Source: Gallionella sp. (GTDB lineage Bacteria > Pseudomonadota > Gammaproteobacteria > Burkholderiales > Gallionellaceae). From it: a stretch of 64,000 nucleotides of DNA. The stretch lies in NCBI GenBank assembly GCA_049580605.1, contig JBAUQH010000057.1:46099-110098 (forward strand), read 5' to 3'. The notes below the pieces were generated by a model. That model made no database searches. It worked only from the letters and a program-made list of their open reading frames with translations, and was not told the origin of the DNA. The translations under genes and the position numbers were made by a program. This document shows, one piece after another, positions 30,009-43,033 of the stretch. Within the stretch, counting starts at the first letter, position 1, and every line of letters starts with the position of its first letter.

Positions 30009-30380
30009 ATGCGTATCACGATAGTTTTGCTTACCCTGCTGCTTGCTTCGTGCGACAGCTTTTACATACCATTGCTGACACCCTACAAGATGGACATCCG
30101 CCAGGGGAATTTCGTGACCCCGGCGATGCGCGAGAACCTGAAGATCGGCATGACCAGGCCGCAGGTGCTCTTTGTCATGGGCACGCCGCTGATCCAGGAT
30201 GTGTTCCACAAGGACCGCTGGGACTACGTGTACCGCTATGAACATGCCAGGAAGATCGTCGCGACACAGAAGATGACGCTGTATTTCGAGGGCGACAAGC
30301 TGGCGCGCATCGTCGACGGCGGCGGAACGGACAGTACCGCGCCGGCAAAGGCGAAGGCCGATGAGCCGGCAAAAGGGTAG
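30009..30380 (+). CDS. bamE: Outer membrane assembly lipoprotein BamE (SmpA/OmlA)
   Basis: Lipobox LASC; DIRQGN, GMTRPQV, GTPL, RWDYVY. Confidence 0.93.
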   Translation: MRITIVLLTLLLASCDSFYIPLLTPYKMDIRQGNFVTPAMRENLKIGMTRPQVLFVMGTPLIQDVFHKDRWDYVYRYEHARKIVATQKMTLYFEGDKLARIVDGGGTDSTAPAKAKADEPAKG

Positions 30381-31190
<810 letters not shown>

Positions 31191-31271
31191 ATCCGAAGCG
31201 CCGGTTGTATTGGCAGTGCAAATCACTTTGACTGCTTGTGACGCATACCGCCCCTGTTCCAGCCTGAAATA

Positions 31272-31652
31272 TCAGACGGGTTGCCGAGTGTCTTGCGGGG
31301 TCGTTTCCGTAGAGTTGTGATGCTCGATCAGCGTGTCGATGAAACTGCGCAGGAAGTGCAGTGGCTGCGCGCTGTGAAAGCGGGCGGTTTCTTGTCCGTG
31401 GCTGTAGGCGATCACCGTCGGAAACCCCCGCACCTTGTGCCGCCCGGCGATGCGCATGTTCTCGTCGGCATCCACTTTCGCCAGCACGAACCTGCCGCCA
31501 TATTCCTCAACCAGTTTTTCCAGCATCGGGCCCAGCACTCTGCAGGGGCTGCACCACTCCGCGCCGATATCCAGCAGTACCGGCATCTCGGCGGAACGCG
31601 CCACGACCAGTTCATCAAAATTTGCCTCTTCTACATCGTAAGAATGTTTCAT
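31272..31652 (-). CDS. Thioredoxin-family protein (similar to YbbN N-domain)
   Basis: AEWCSPC active site, cis-Pro loop RGFPT. Confidence 0.88.
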   Translation of the reverse strand: MKHSYDVEEANFDELVVARSAEMPVLLDIGAEWCSPCRVLGPMLEKLVEEYGGRFVLAKVDADENMRIAGRHKVRGFPTVIAYSHGQETARFHSAQPLHFLRSFIDTLIEHHNSTETTPQDTRQPV

Positions 31653-31806
31653 TGTGTTGGGTTGCGTATATCGATTTGGTGTATTTGATCGTAATTATAA
31701 AACGAACTCGGCACATGTGCGATCAGGCAGCCAGTTGATGTGTGGTGTAAAGGTGTTGATCATCATTCGGCGGGAATGAGCAGGTATTTTTTGCCGCACA
31801 TTGCAT

Positions 31807-31835
31807 TTGATGGCACCCCCGCTATCGGCTATAAT
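31807..31835 (+). promoter_or_regulatory. Sigma-70 promoter of carAB
   Basis: TTGATG-N17-TATAAT. Confidence 0.65.
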
Positions 31836-31848
31836 ACGCGCCAATCCA

Positions 31849-31884
31849 AAGCGGGATGAACAGACGGTTCGTCCCGCTTCTTTA
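31849..31884 (+). promoter_or_regulatory. Attenuator-like hairpin in the carA leader
   Basis: AAGCGGGATGAAC-AGACG-GTTCGTCCCGCTT followed by CTTTA. Confidence 0.65.
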
Positions 31885-31922
31885 TGTAACAAGTGCTGTC
31901 AGTCATTCTGGGGAGTCATCCG

Positions 31923-33053
31923 GTGTCGCAAACGAATCCTGCCATTCTAGTTTTAGCCGATGGTACGGTATTTCGCGGCATATCGATCGGGGCTTCCGGC
32001 AGCAGCGTCGGCGAGGTGGTCTTCAATACCGCGATGACCGGCTACCAGGAAATCCTCACCGACCCGTCCTATTGCAAGCAGATCGTCACGCTGACCTATC
32101 CGCACATCGGCAACGTCGGCATCAACAACGAGGACGTTGAATCCCGCCAGGTGTTTGCCAGCGGCCTGGTGATCCGCGATCTTTCGATGACAGTCAGCAA
32201 CTTCCGCAGCGCCCGATCATTGCCCGATTACCTGAAAGCCAACAGCGTGGTCGCGATCGCCGGAATCGATACGCGCAAGCTGACGCGCATCCTGCGCGAA
32301 AAGGGCGCGCAGAACGGCTGCATCGCGACCGGCACGGATGAGGTTGCGGCGCTTCATGCGGCGCGAGGATTTGCCGGTTTGGAGGGAATGGACCTGGCCA
32401 GGGAGGTGACCTGTCCGCAATCGTATCCGTGGAGGCAGCGCGAGTGGGAGCTGGGCGTGGGCTATCCGGAAGCCGAGCAGACCCGATTCCATGTGGTGGC
32501 CTACGACTTCGGCGTGAAACGCAACATACTGCGAATGCTGGCCGAGCGGGGCTGCCGCATCACCGTGGTGCCGGCGCAAACCCCCGCGAAGGAAGTGCTG
32601 GCATTGGAGCCGGACGGGGTGTTCCTGTCCAACGGGCCGGGCGATCCCGAGCCGTGCGATTACGCGATCGCGGCTACCCGGGAATTTATCGAGGCGGCCG
32701 TGCCGTTGTTCGGCATCTGCCTAGGACACCAGATCATGGGCCTGGCAGTGGGCGCGAAGACGATGAAGATGAAGTTCGGCCACCGCGGCGCGAACCATCC
32801 GGTGCAGGATATCCGGACCAGGCGCGTGATGATCACCAGCCAGAACCACGGCTTTGCGGTGGATGCGACGACGCTGCCGGCGAACGCGCGGGTCACGCAC
32901 GTATCGCTGTTCGACGGCACGCTGCAGGGTTTCGAGTTGACCGACAAGCCCGCGTTCTGCTTCCAGGGGCATCCCGAGGCCAGCCCGGGCCCGCACGATG
33001 TGGACATGCTGTTTGACCGCTTCGCGGGAATGATGGAGAAAAGAATTACCTGA
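31923..33053 (+). CDS. carA: Carbamoyl-phosphate synthase small subunit
   Basis: [35 protein letters not shown] start after GGGAG. Confidence 0.97.
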   Translation: MSQTNPAILVLADGTVFRGISIGASGSSVGEVVFNTAMTGYQEILTDPSYCKQIVTLTYPHIGNVGINNEDVESRQVFASGLVIRDLSMTVSNFRSARSLPDYLKANSVVAIAGIDTRKLTRILREKGAQNGCIATGTDEVAALHAARGFAGLEGMDLAREVTCPQSYPWRQREWELGVGYPEAEQTRFHVVAYDFGVKRNILRMLAERGCRITVVPAQTPAKEVLALEPDGVFLSNGPGDPEPCDYAIAATREFIEAAVPLFGICLGHQIMGLAVGAKTMKMKFGHRGANHPVQDIRTRRVMITSQNHGFAVDATTLPANARVTHVSLFDGTLQGFELTDKPAFCFQGHPEASPGPHDVDMLFDRFAGMMEKRIT

Positions 33054-33056
33054 GCG

Positions 33057-33100
33057 GCAGGGATCACGGGGAAGGATGCGATATTCCCCGTGATCCCTGC
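33057..33100. repeat. Perfect 17-bp inverted repeat between carA and carB
   Basis: GCAGGGATCACGGGGAA-N10-TTCCCCGTGATCCCTGC. Confidence 0.85.
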
Positions 33101-33113
33101 AGCAAAAAAGAAT

Positions 33114-36100
33114 ATGCCTAAAAGAACCGACATAAAAAGCATCCTGATCATCGGCGCCGGTCCCATCGTCATCGGGCAGGCCTGCGAGTTCGACTATTCC
33201 GGCGCGCAGGCCTGCAAGGCGCTGCGCGAAGAGGGTTACCGCGTGGTCCTGGTGAACTCGAATCCGGCCACCATCATGACCGATCCGGAGATGGCCGATG
33301 CGACCTACATCGAGCCGATCACCTGGCAGATCGTGGAGAAGATCATCGCCAGGGAGAAGCCGGACGCGATCCTGCCGACCATGGGCGGACAGACCGCGCT
33401 GAACTGCGCGCTGGACCTGGCCAAGCACGGCGTGCTGGAAAAATTCGGCGTCGAGATGATAGGCGCCAGCAGGGACGCAATCGACAAGGCGGAAGACCGC
33501 GAAAAATTCAAGCTGGCAATGACCCGTATCGGTCTGGCATCGGCGCGTTCCGCGATCGCGCACAGCATGGAAGAAGCATTGCAGGTGCAGCAGGTATTGG
33601 GTTACCCGACCGTGATCCGTCCGTCCTTCACGATGGGCGGCAGCGGCGGCGGCATTGCATACAACCGCGAGGAGTTCGTCGAGATCTGCGAGCGCGGGCT
33701 GGAAGCCAGTCCGACCAGGGAGTTGCTGATCGAGGAATCGCTGCTCGGCTGGAAAGAATTCGAGATGGAAGTGGTGCGCGACCGCAACGACAATTGCATC
33801 ATCATCTGTTCCATAGAAAATCTTGATCCGATGGGCGTGCACACCGGCGACTCGATCACGGTCGCCCCGGCGCAGACGCTGACCGACAAGGAATACCAGA
33901 TCATGCGCGATGCGTCGATCGCGGTGCTGCGCGAGATCGGCGTCGACACCGGCGGCTCGAACGTGCAGTTCGCAGTCAATCCTGAGGACGGGCGCATGGT
34001 CGTGATCGAGATGAATCCGCGCGTGTCGCGTTCATCCGCGCTGGCCTCCAAGGCGACCGGTTTCCCGATCGCGAAGATTGCGGCCAAGCTGGCGGTGGGC
34101 TACACGCTGGATGAACTCAAGAATGACATCACCGGGGGCGCGACGCCGGCCTCGTTCGAGCCGACCATCGATTACGTGGTGACCAAGATTCCGCGATTCG
34201 CATTCGAGAAATTCCCGCAGGCCAACGACCGCCTGACCACACAGATGAAATCGGTCGGCGAGGTGATGGCGATCGGGCGCACTTTCCAGGAATCGTTCCA
34301 GAAAGCACTGCGCGGCCTGGAAGTGGGCGTAAGCGGGCTGGACCAGAAATACACCGACCTTGATGCAATCGCCGCGGAGCTGGGAGCGCCCGGACCGAGC
34401 CGAATCTGGGCGGTGGGCGACGCGTTCCGCCTCGGCATGAGCGTGGAAGAGGTGTTCAACATCAGCAAAATCGATCCCTGGTTCCTGGTGCAGATAGCGG
34501 ATCTGGTACGGCAGGAGCTATCGCTGGCGGGCCGAACGATGGAGAGCCTGGACGCTGCCGGACTGCGTGCGCTTAAGCGCAGCGGCTTTGCCGATGCGCG
34601 CCTGGCAAAACTGCTCGGCACCGATACCGATGCAGTGCGCGCGTATCGCCATGCCCTGGGTGTGCGTCCGGTGTTCAAGCGCGTCGATACCTGCGCCGCG
34701 GAGTTTGCGACCAATACCGCCTATATGTATTCCAGCTACGAGGAGGAATGCGAATCCCTGCCGACCGGCAAGCGCAAGATCATGGTGCTGGGCGGCGGGC
34801 CAAACCGCATCGGGCAGGGCATCGAATTCGATTATTGCTGCGTGCACGCCGCGCTGGCGATGCGCGAAGACGGCTATGAGACCATCATGGTCAACTGCAA
34901 TCCGGAAACCGTATCGACCGACTATGACACGTCTGACCGCCTGTACTTCGAGCCGCTGACGCTGGAGGATGTGCTGGAAGTGGTCGCGGTCGAAAAACCG
35001 TTCGGCGTGATCGTGCAGTTCGGCGGACAGACCCCGCTGAGTCTGGCGCACGGACTGGAAAAGAACGGCGTGCCGATCATCGGCACCTCTCCGGACATGA
35101 TCGACTGTGCCGAGGATCGAGCGCGCTTCCAGCAGATGCTGCACCAGCTGCTGCTGAAACAGCCGCCGAACCGCACCGCGTGCAACACCGAGGAAAGCAT
35201 CGCGGGCGTGGCCGAGATCGGTTATCCGCTGGTGATGCGCCCTTCCAATGTGCTGGGCGGCAGGGCGATGGAAATCATCCACGAACAGGCCGATCTGGAA
35301 CGCTACATGCGCGATGCGCAGGAAATGTCCAAAACCTATCCCGAACGCATGCCGATCCTGCTCGACCGCTTCCTGGACGATGCGATCGAAGTCGACGTGG
35401 ATGCGGTATCGGACGGCAGGGATGTGGTCATCGGCGGCATCATGGAACACATCGAGCAGGCCGGCGTGCATTCCGGCGATTCGGCGTGTTCGCTCCCCCC
35501 GTTCAGTCTGTCGGCGGCTTTGCAGGATGAACTGCGCCGCCAGACCGTGGCGATGGCCAGGGCGCTCAAAGTGGTCGGGCTGATGAATGTGCAGTTCGCG
35601 ATCCAGATCGACAAGGACGGCGGCGATGCGGTATATGTTCTGGAAGTGAATCCGCGCGCGTCGCGCACCGTGCCGTTCGTGTCCAAGGCGACCGGGATGC
35701 CACTGGCGAAAATTGCGGCGCGTTGCATGTCCGGCCAGAGCCTGGCCAGTCAGGGCATTACCACGGAAGTGGTCCCCCGGTTTTACTCGGTCAAGGAAGC
35801 GGTATTCCCGTTCATCAAGTTTCCCGGTGTGGACACGATACTCGGGCCGGAGATGAAATCGACCGGAGAGGTGATGGGGGTCGGCGACACCTTTGCGGAG
35901 GCCTTCGTCAAGTCGCAACTGGCGGCCAGTATCAAGCTGCCGAAAGATGGTAAAGTATTCATCAGCGTGCGCGAAGCCGACAAGTCGGGTGTGGTCGATA
36001 TCGCCCGCACCCTGGTGCGACTGGGGTTTACCCTCAGGGCCACGCGAGGTACCGCGTCGGTGATTGGCGCTGCCGGAATTGCGGTGGAAGTGGTGAACAA

Positions 36101-36356
36101 GGTAGCCGAAGGCCGCCCGCATATCGTGGACATGATCAAGAACGGCGAGATCAGCCTGATCGTCAACACGGTGGACAGCAAACCGTCCGTAATGCGCGAT
36201 TCCTATTCGATCCGCCACGCCGCATTGCAGGGAAGGGTAACGTATTACACCACGCTGGCCGGAGCCCGCGCCGCCTGTGTCGGGATGCAGCATCTGACCG
36301 CACTGAGCGTTTATGATTTGCAGGCCCAGCACAAGCGGCTGGCAGCCAACAACTGA
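33114..36356 (+). CDS. carB: Carbamoyl-phosphate synthase large subunit
   Basis: [30 protein letters not shown]; duplicated ATP-grasp domains. Confidence 0.98.
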   Translation: MPKRTDIKSILIIGAGPIVIGQACEFDYSGAQACKALREEGYRVVLVNSNPATIMTDPEMADATYIEPITWQIVEKIIAREKPDAILPTMGGQTALNCALDLAKHGVLEKFGVEMIGASRDAIDKAEDREKFKLAMTRIGLASARSAIAHSMEEALQVQQVLGYPTVIRPSFTMGGSGGGIAYNREEFVEICERGLEASPTRELLIEESLLGWKEFEMEVVRDRNDNCIIICSIENLDPMGVHTGDSITVAPAQTLTDKEYQIMRDASIAVLREIGVDTGGSNVQFAVNPEDGRMVVIEMNPRVSRSSALASKATGFPIAKIAAKLAVGYTLDELKNDITGGATPASFEPTIDYVVTKIPRFAFEKFPQANDRLTTQMKSVGEVMAIGRTFQESFQKALRGLEVGVSGLDQKYTDLDAIAAELGAPGPSRIWAVGDAFRLGMSVEEVFNISKIDPWFLVQIADLVRQELSLAGRTMESLDAAGLRALKRSGFADARLAKLLGTDTDAVRAYRHALGVRPVFKRVDTCAAEFATNTAYMYSSYEEECESLPTGKRKIMVLGGGPNRIGQGIEFDYCCVHAALAMREDGYETIMVNCNPETVSTDYDTSDRLYFEPLTLEDVLEVVAVEKPFGVIVQFGGQTPLSLAHGLEKNGVPIIGTSPDMIDCAEDRARFQQMLHQLLLKQPPNRTACNTEESIAGVAEIGYPLVMRPSNVLGGRAMEIIHEQADLERYMRDAQEMSKTYPERMPILLDRFLDDAIEVDVDAVSDGRDVVIGGIMEHIEQAGVHSGDSACSLPPFSLSAALQDELRRQTVAMARALKVVGLMNVQFAIQIDKDGGDAVYVLEVNPRASRTVPFVSKATGMPLAKIAARCMSGQSLASQGITTEVVPRFYSVKEAVFPFIKFPGVDTILGPEMKSTGEVMGVGDTFAEAFVKSQLAASIKLPKDGKVFISVREADKSGVVDIARTLVRLGFTLRATRGTASVIGAAGIAVEVVNKVAEGRPHIVDMIKNGEISLIVNTVDSKPSVMRDSYSIRHAALQGRVTYYTTLAGARAACVGMQHLTALSVYDLQAQHKRLAANN

Positions 36357-36367
36357 GGAAGTATCAA

Positions 36368-36844
36368 ATGAGCAAAGTCCCATTAACGGTATTGGGCGCA
36401 GAAAAATTGCGCGCGGAACTGCACACCCTGAAAACCGTGGAGCGCCCCAGGGTAATCAATGCGATTGCCGAAGCGCGTGCCCAGGGGGACTTGTCGGAAA
36501 ACGCGGAATACGACGCGGCCAAGGAACGCCAGGGTTTCATCGAGGGGCGCATCGCGGAGCTTGAAAGCAAGCTGGGCAGCGCACAGATCATCGATCCCAA
36601 GTCGCTTAACGCGGACGGGCGCTGCGTGTTCGGTTCGACCGTGATACTGGAAGACGTGAACAACGGCGATGTGGTTACCTACCAGATTGTCGGTGATGAC
36701 GAAGCAGACATCAGGCACAGGAAAGTATCCATCAGTTCCCCGATTGCCCGCGCGTTGATCGGCAAGAGCAGTGGCGATATTGCCGAGGTGCAGGCTCCGG
36801 GCGGGGTGCGGGAATACGAAGTCGTCGAAGTCCAATACATCTGA
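36368..36844 (+). CDS. greA: Transcription elongation factor GreA
   Basis: [23 protein letters not shown]. Confidence 0.97.
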   Translation: MSKVPLTVLGAEKLRAELHTLKTVERPRVINAIAEARAQGDLSENAEYDAAKERQGFIEGRIAELESKLGSAQIIDPKSLNADGRCVFGSTVILEDVNNGDVVTYQIVGDDEADIRHRKVSISSPIARALIGKSSGDIAEVQAPGGVREYEVVEVQYI

Positions 36845-37045
36845 AAAAGCATGCCATAAGCTGCTTTGCGATCGAATTGCGGCGTCGCGTGCTCGCTTAC
36901 TCCTCGCCTACCAGCATGGTATGTCTTGTTGTGCGCTGATTGAACTACTGGCCATTCGACTAAGCCCGCAAGCGGGCAAGTCGCTGGTTATCCGCCGCTT
37001 CTTGCAATTCGACCTGCTCGCGACGCTGCTGATGCGCTTTCAGAT
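36839..37045 (+). repeat. Palindromic element copy C, with nested hairpin module 36938-36991
   Basis: Terminal IR ATCTGAAAAAGCAT / ATGCGCTTTCAGAT containing the greA stop; homologous by eye to copies A and E. Confidence 0.8.
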
Positions 37046-37055
37046 CCAAGAAAAC

Positions 37056-37409
37056 TTAGCGGTTACCCAATTGTTTTTTCGTGAGCGGTTTCTTGCCCCT
37101 GTGGCGCGGCATTTTTTTGATTTCGATCAGGTGGGCATCGGGGTTGGGTTTGTAGATCACCAGGACCTTGCCGATGTGTTGCACCGCTGCGGCATCCAGT
37201 CGGGTACAGATCGATTCCAGCAGGGTTTCGCGCAGCGCTCGATCGCCGCCCGGTATCCGGATCTTGATCAGTTCGTGGCGCTCCAGGGTAAGCGCGATTT
37301 CCTTCAGAACCGCTTCGGTCAGCCCCGCGTTGCCGATGATTACCGTGGGGTTGAGGGCATGTGCACGGCCCTTGAGGTCAAGGCGTTCGGATACGGTAAG
37401 GGATAACAT
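37056..37409 (-). CDS. yhbY: Ribosome assembly RNA-binding protein YhbY (CRM domain)
   Basis: AHALNP, IGNAGLT, HELIKIRI, VQHIGKVLVIY. Confidence 0.92.
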   Translation of the reverse strand: MLSLTVSERLDLKGRAHALNPTVIIGNAGLTEAVLKEIALTLERHELIKIRIPGGDRALRETLLESICTRLDAAAVQHIGKVLVIYKPNPDAHLIEIKKMPRHRGKKPLTKKQLGNR

Positions 37410-37445
37410 GATGACTTTCAAGAATTAAGGCGCGGATTGTAAACG

Positions 37446-38099
37446 ATGAAGGCTTCCCCGATCAAAAAAAACCCGGGCAAAAAGAGCAAGACCAGCAAAC
37501 AATGGATGCGCGAGCATGTCAACGACCCTTTCGTGCAACTTGCCCAGAAAGAGGGGTACCGCTCGCGCGCGGCATACAAACTGCTGGAAATCGATGCCAG
37601 GGATCAACTGCTCAAGCCCGGCATGGTGGTGGTCGATCTGGGCGCGACGCCGGGAGGCTGGTCGCAGGTCGCAGCTGCCAAAGTGGGACGCGGCGGGAAG
37701 GTGATCGCGCTGGATCTGCTCCCGCTTGATCCGTTGGCGGGGGTGGATTTCATCCAGGGCGACTTCCGCGAGGAAGCGATGCTCGGGAAACTGGAAGGAT
37801 TGCTGCACGGCAGGGCGGTTGGGCTTGTAATTTCCGACATGGCACCCAATATATCCGGTGTGGCCCCGGCTGATCAGGCGCGCGCGATGCATCTTGCTGA
37901 ACTGGCGCTGGAATTCGCGCTGGAACACCTGAGTGCGCACGGCAGCTTCCTGGTCAAGGTCTTTCAGGGTGCAGGATTCGAGGATTTCCACAAACGGATG
38001 CGCAACAACTTCTCCCGTGTGGTGACGCGCAAGCCCAAGGCATCGCGCGACCGCAGCAGCGAACAGTATTTGCTGGGCAGCGGAAAGCTTGAGAAATAG
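37446..38099 (+). CDS. rlmE: 23S rRNA Um2552 methyltransferase
   Basis: [32 protein letters not shown]. Confidence 0.96.
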   Translation: MKASPIKKNPGKKSKTSKQWMREHVNDPFVQLAQKEGYRSRAAYKLLEIDARDQLLKPGMVVVDLGATPGGWSQVAAAKVGRGGKVIALDLLPLDPLAGVDFIQGDFREEAMLGKLEGLLHGRAVGLVISDMAPNISGVAPADQARAMHLAELALEFALEHLSAHGSFLVKVFQGAGFEDFHKRMRNNFSRVVTRKPKASRDRSSEQYLLGSGKLEK

Positions 38100-38170
38100 G
38101 GCAATACATAGTCTAATGAACAACCTCGGCAGCCGCCATAACGTCAAATCGGGGCGGGCCGACATAAGGA

Positions 38171-40081
38171 GTGATCTTGAACAATTTTAAGAGCGTTGCA
38201 GTCTGGATGGTCGTCGCCCTGGTGCTGATGACCGTATTCAACCAATTCAACACCCGCCAGCAGCTGACCACACAGTCGCAGCTCGACTATTCCCAGTTTC
38301 TCGACCAGGTGAAACAGGGACATATCACCAAGGTGGTCATCGAAGGCCGCAAGCTGAAAGCGACGACTAACGACGGCAAGCATATCAGCAGCTATGCGCC
38401 CAGCGACCTGTGGATGGTTTCCGATCTGCTGAAGAACGGCGTGAACGTCGAGGCCAAGCCCGAGGAGGAGCCGTCCTTCCTGATGAATATATTCGTTTCC
38501 TGGTTCCCGATGATCCTGCTGATCGCGGTGTGGGTATTCTTCATGCGCCAGATGCAGGGCGGCGGCAAGGGCGGTGCGTTCTCGTTCGGCAAATCGCGCG
38601 CGCGCATGCTTGATGAAAGCAAGGAGCGTTTTACGTTCGCGGACGTGGCGGGTTGCGACGAAGCAAAGGAAGAAGTGTCGGAACTGGTGGATTTTCTGCG
38701 CGATCCTTCGAAATTCCAGAATCTCGGCGGCCGCATCCCGCGCGGTGTGCTGCTGGTAGGCAATCCGGGTACCGGCAAGACGCTGCTGGCGAAAGCGATT
38801 GCCGGCGAGGCCAAGGTGCCGTTTTTCTCGATTTCCGGTTCAGACTTCGTGGAGATGTTCGTCGGCGTGGGCGCCGCGCGCGTGCGCGATATGTTCGAGC
38901 AGGCCAAGAAGCAGGCACCGTGCATCGTGTTCATCGACGAGATCGATGCGGTGGGCCGGCAGCGTGGTGCAGGGCTGGGCGGCGGCAATGACGAGCGCGA
39001 GCAAACACTGAATGCGCTGCTGGTCGAGATGGACGGTTTCGAGGGGGCTAGCGGGGTTATCGTTATTGCCGCGACCAACCGTCCCGATGTGCTGGATGCT
39101 GCATTGCTGCGCCCGGGTCGTTTCGATCGCCAGGTTGTGGTGCCGTTGCCTGATATCCGCGGCCGCGAACAGATACTGATGGTGCATATGCGCAAGGTCC
39201 CGGTCGCCCAGGACGTGAAAGCCGATATCCTCGCGCGCGGCACACCCGGCATGTCCGGTGCAGACCTCGCGAATCTGGTCAACGAGGCCGCCCTGTTTGC
39301 GGCACGCCGCGGCAAGCGCTTCGTCGAGATGGATGATTTCGAGTCTGCCAAGGACAAGATCATGATGGGCGCTGAACGCCGCTCCATGGTGATGCCGGAA
39401 GAAGAACGCCGCAATACCGCCTATCACGAATCCGGTCATGCGGTGGTCGCCAAGCTGCTGCCCAAGACCGATCCGGTGCACAAGGTGACCATTATTCCGC
39501 GCGGCCGTGCCTTGGGCGTGACCATGCAGCTTCCGTCGGAAGACCGCTACAGTATGGACAAGGATCGCATTCTTTCCACCATTGCGGTGCTGTTCGGCGG
39601 CCGTATCGCCGAAGAGGTTTTCATGCACCAGATGACCACCGGCGCTTCCAACGATTTCGAGCGCGCCACCGACATGGCGCGGCGCATGGTGACCCAGTGG
39701 GGCATGTCGGATGCGCTCGGCACCATGGTGTACGGCGAGAACGAGGGGGAAGTCTTCCTGGGACGTTCGGTCACCACGCATAAAAATATTTCCGAAGCAA
39801 CCATGCAGAAAGTGGATAACGAGATTCGCCGCATCATCGACCAGCAATATGCGCTGGCACGCGGTTTGATCGAAGCCAACCGCGACAAGATCGAGGCAAT
39901 GACCAAGGCTTTGCTGGAATGGGAGACCATCGATGCCGATCAGATCAACGACATCATGGCCGGCAGTCCTCCGCGTCCGCCCAAGCCTCCTGCCCCGAGC
40001 AGCCAGGCTCAGCAGCCCCCCCAGGATCAGGCTCCGCCGGCCCCTGCCGCCACGCCTACGCAACCCGCGCAGGAAACTTAA
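38171..40081 (+). CDS. ftsH: ATP-dependent zinc metalloprotease FtsH
   Basis: [26 protein letters not shown]. Confidence 0.98.
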   Translation: MILNNFKSVAVWMVVALVLMTVFNQFNTRQQLTTQSQLDYSQFLDQVKQGHITKVVIEGRKLKATTNDGKHISSYAPSDLWMVSDLLKNGVNVEAKPEEEPSFLMNIFVSWFPMILLIAVWVFFMRQMQGGGKGGAFSFGKSRARMLDESKERFTFADVAGCDEAKEEVSELVDFLRDPSKFQNLGGRIPRGVLLVGNPGTGKTLLAKAIAGEAKVPFFSISGSDFVEMFVGVGAARVRDMFEQAKKQAPCIVFIDEIDAVGRQRGAGLGGGNDEREQTLNALLVEMDGFEGASGVIVIAATNRPDVLDAALLRPGRFDRQVVVPLPDIRGREQILMVHMRKVPVAQDVKADILARGTPGMSGADLANLVNEAALFAARRGKRFVEMDDFESAKDKIMMGAERRSMVMPEEERRNTAYHESGHAVVAKLLPKTDPVHKVTIIPRGRALGVTMQLPSEDRYSMDKDRILSTIAVLFGGRIAEEVFMHQMTTGASNDFERATDMARRMVTQWGMSDALGTMVYGENEGEVFLGRSVTTHKNISEATMQKVDNEIRRIIDQQYALARGLIEANRDKIEAMTKALLEWETIDADQINDIMAGSPPRPPKPPAPSSQAQQPPQDQAPPAPAATPTQPAQET

Positions 40082-40088
40082 AGACAGG

Positions 40089-40156
40089 CACAAGGTGCAG
40101 GATACAAGGGACGGGAAGTTCTTACCTTGCACCTTGCATCTTGATCCTTGAACCTG
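40089..40156. repeat. Inverted arrays of degenerate heptamers between ftsH and folP
   Basis: CACAAGG TGCAGGA TACAAGG ... CCTTGCA CCTTGCA TCTTGAT CCTTGAA. Confidence 0.7.
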
Positions 40157-40157
40157 A

Positions 40158-40988
40158 ATGTCTTTCCACTGCGGCAACATCCGGCTTGATTTGTCCCGGC
40201 CCATGGTAATGGGCATCGTCAACGTCACCCCCGATTCATTTTCCGATGGCGGTCTGCATCTCCAGCGCGACGCCGCGCTGGCGCATGCGCAGCAACTGAT
40301 TGCCGAGGGTGCGGACATGCTTGATGTCGGCGGCGAATCGACCCGGCCCGGCGCCAGGCCGGTCGGTATCCAGGAAGAAATGGACCGGGTATTGCCTGTC
40401 ATCGAAGGCCTGCGCGGCGCGCCTGTACCGGTCTCGATAGATACCTTCAAACCGGAAGTGATGCAGGCCGCGATTTCCGCCGGTGCGGTCATGGTCAACG
40501 ACATCAATGCGCTGCAGGATGCGGCAGCCATGAAGGCGGTTGCCGCCAGCCAGGCCGCGGTCTGTCTGATGCACAAACAGGGCAACCCGCAAACCATGCA
40601 GCTGCAGCCCGAATATCGGGACGTCGTCGCCGAAGTCGGTGCATTTCTGCGCGACCGTATCGCGGCTGCCGAAGCGGCCGGCATCCAGCGCGACCGCATC
40701 GCGATCGATCCCGGTTTTGGTTTTGGCAAGACCTTGGCGCATAATCTGGATTTGCTGCGCGCATTGAACAGGCTGTCTGTACCGGGTGTGCCGGTGCTGG
40801 CGGGTTTGTCGCGCAAGTCCATGCTGGGCGCGCTAACCGGACAGGATGCGGCGCATCGTCAGCCGGCCAGCGTTGCTGCAGCACTGATTGCGGTTCAGCA
40901 CGGGGCAAGCATCGTGCGGGTGCATGATGTAAGCGCAACGGTCGACGCGCTCAGGATATGGAATGCGGTTAACGGAGCGGGCTTATGA
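40158..40988 (+). CDS. folP: Dihydropteroate synthase
   Basis: [36 protein letters not shown]. Confidence 0.97.
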   Translation: MSFHCGNIRLDLSRPMVMGIVNVTPDSFSDGGLHLQRDAALAHAQQLIAEGADMLDVGGESTRPGARPVGIQEEMDRVLPVIEGLRGAPVPVSIDTFKPEVMQAAISAGAVMVNDINALQDAAAMKAVAASQAAVCLMHKQGNPQTMQLQPEYRDVVAEVGAFLRDRIAAAEAAGIQRDRIAIDPGFGFGKTLAHNLDLLRALNRLSVPGVPVLAGLSRKSMLGALTGQDAAHRQPASVAAALIAVQHGASIVRVHDVSATVDALRIWNAVNGAGL

Positions 40989-41031
40989 ATGGCCCAAAGG
41001 TGAATGGCGTAATGTTGAATGGAGTAATGGC

Positions 41032-42387
41032 GTGAGCAGAAAATATTTCGGTACCGACGGCGTGCGCGGACGGGTAGGCGAGCATCCGATCACGCCGCAG
41101 TTCGTCATGAATCTGGGCTATGCGGCAGGCAGGGTGCTGTCCGGCATGACTGACACACCCGGCGAACGCACCGGGGTGCTGATTGGCAAGGACACGCGAA
41201 TTTCGGGTTACATGCTGGAGTCGGCGCTGGAGGCCGGCCTGATTGCGGCCGGTATCGATGTCTATCTGGCCGGCCCCGTGCCGACGCCGGCGGTCGCCTA
41301 CCTGACCCGTGCGCTGCGCCTGCAGGCAGGCATCGTGATCTCCGCATCCCACAATCCGTTCGAGGACAACGGCATCAAATTCTTTTCTTCCCATGGCGCC
41401 AAACTGCCGGACGATACCGAACTCGCAATCGAGGCGGCAATGGACCTGGAAATGAAGACCAATTCTTCGGATGGGCTGGGCAAGGCGAAGCGCATCGACG
41501 ATGCGGCCGGGCGCTATATCGAATTCTGCAAGAGCACGTTCCCGACCGAACTGGACCTGCGCGGACTGAAAATCGTCGTGGACAGCGCGCATGGCGCGAC
41601 TTACCAGATCGCGCGCCACGTGTTCCACGAACTCGGCGCCGACGTGATCGCGATCGGCGCACAGCCGGACGGAAGGAATATCAATGACGGCTATGGCGCG
41701 ACCGCTCCGGACAATTTGTGCAAGGCCGTGGTCGAGCACAGCGCGGATATCGGCATCGCGCTGGATGGCGACGGCGACCGCCTGGTGATGGCCGACAATG
41801 CGGGAAAACTCTATGACGGGGACCAGCTGATGTACGTGATCGCCAGACATCGCCAGGCGCAAGGCTTGCTGCATGGCGGGGTGGTTGGCACGCTGATGAC
41901 CAACCTCGCCTTCGAGCTCGCGATGCGGAAATTGGGTATCCCATTCAAGCGGGCCAGGGTCGGCGACCGTTACGTGATGGAATTGCTGCAGCAACAGGGC
42001 TGGCAACTGGGCGGGGAAAATTCCGGGCATATCATCTGCCTGGACAAGCACAGCACCGGCGATGGCATCATCTCCGCGCTGCAGGTGCTGCATGCATTGC
42101 GCGCGAACCGGCAAAGTCTCGCTGAAGCGGCGGGCGATTTGCACATGTATCCGCAGGTGCTCATCAATGTTAGGGTCGCTAAAGGTGTGGATTGCCTGAA
42201 TCACGATCAGGTAACAGCTGTGGTTTCCGATACCGAACAAGTGCTGAACGGAAGGGGACGCGTGCTGTTACGAGCTTCGGGGACCGAACCTTTGTTGCGA
42301 GTGATGGTAGAGGGTGAAGACCGGCAACTGGTAGAAAAATCCGCTGAACGGATTGCTGATGTGGTGCGCAGGCTGGCGATCAGCTAG
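41032..42387 (+). CDS. glmM: Phosphoglucosamine mutase
   Basis: [33 protein letters not shown] start at 41032. Confidence 0.97.
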   Translation: MSRKYFGTDGVRGRVGEHPITPQFVMNLGYAAGRVLSGMTDTPGERTGVLIGKDTRISGYMLESALEAGLIAAGIDVYLAGPVPTPAVAYLTRALRLQAGIVISASHNPFEDNGIKFFSSHGAKLPDDTELAIEAAMDLEMKTNSSDGLGKAKRIDDAAGRYIEFCKSTFPTELDLRGLKIVVDSAHGATYQIARHVFHELGADVIAIGAQPDGRNINDGYGATAPDNLCKAVVEHSADIGIALDGDGDRLVMADNAGKLYDGDQLMYVIARHRQAQGLLHGGVVGTLMTNLAFELAMRKLGIPFKRARVGDRYVMELLQQQGWQLGGENSGHIICLDKHSTGDGIISALQVLHALRANRQSLAEAAGDLHMYPQVLINVRVAKGVDCLNHDQVTAVVSDTEQVLNGRGRVLLRASGTEPLLRVMVEGEDRQLVEKSAERIADVVRRLAIS

Positions 42388-42476
42388 ATGTTTTAGGCAA
42401 AGTTTGAATCCGAATTTCAACGCTATCGGCTATTAAGCGACAATTTCGTCCAAGCAATACCATTGAAAGGGTATCC

Positions 42477-42929
42477 ATTTACATCCATTGGCAGAAAAAA
42501 CTGGAATTGGGAAACGATCTGATCGATACGCAGCATCGTATATTGGTGTTGCTGTGCCGCAAACTGGATATTGCAATCAAAACCGGGCAATCGGACCAGT
42601 CGATACGCTGGGTGATGCTGGAATTGAAGAAATTTGCGGAATTCCATTTCATCAGCGAAGAGAATTTGATGCATGAAATTGGTTATCCTGACGTGGATGA
42701 TCATGCGCTCATCCATACCGGATTGCTGCAGCAATTTGAAATGATGATGGCGAGGATTAGCCATCACCGGGAATTTCCGGAGGACCTGCTGCATTTTTTA
42801 AATAAATGGCTGGTGCAGCATATCGTTCAGGACGATTTGAAAATTGCTGAGCAGGTCAGGCTTTCCTGCAAGCGTCCACTTGGCGAAGACCTGTACAAGC
42901 AATTCCTTTATTCGGACAAAGACTTGTAA
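42477..42929 (+). CDS. Bacteriohemerythrin-like protein; start codon unclear
   Basis: W..KLELGNDLIDTQH, HFISEENLM, HALIH, WLVQHIVQDD. Confidence 0.82.
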   Translation: MYIHWQKKLELGNDLIDTQHRILVLLCRKLDIAIKTGQSDQSIRWVMLELKKFAEFHFISEENLMHEIGYPDVDDHALIHTGLLQQFEMMMARISHHREFPEDLLHFLNKWLVQHIVQDDLKIAEQVRLSCKRPLGEDLYKQFLYSDKDL

Positions 42930-43033
42930 AGAAAATCCACGCGAATATACGGACATTGCTTCCGTGACAATATAATTCACAACATTGGAGCAGTACGCAC
43001 CCGCCAATATTCGAAGCGTTGCCGGCTTACCGT

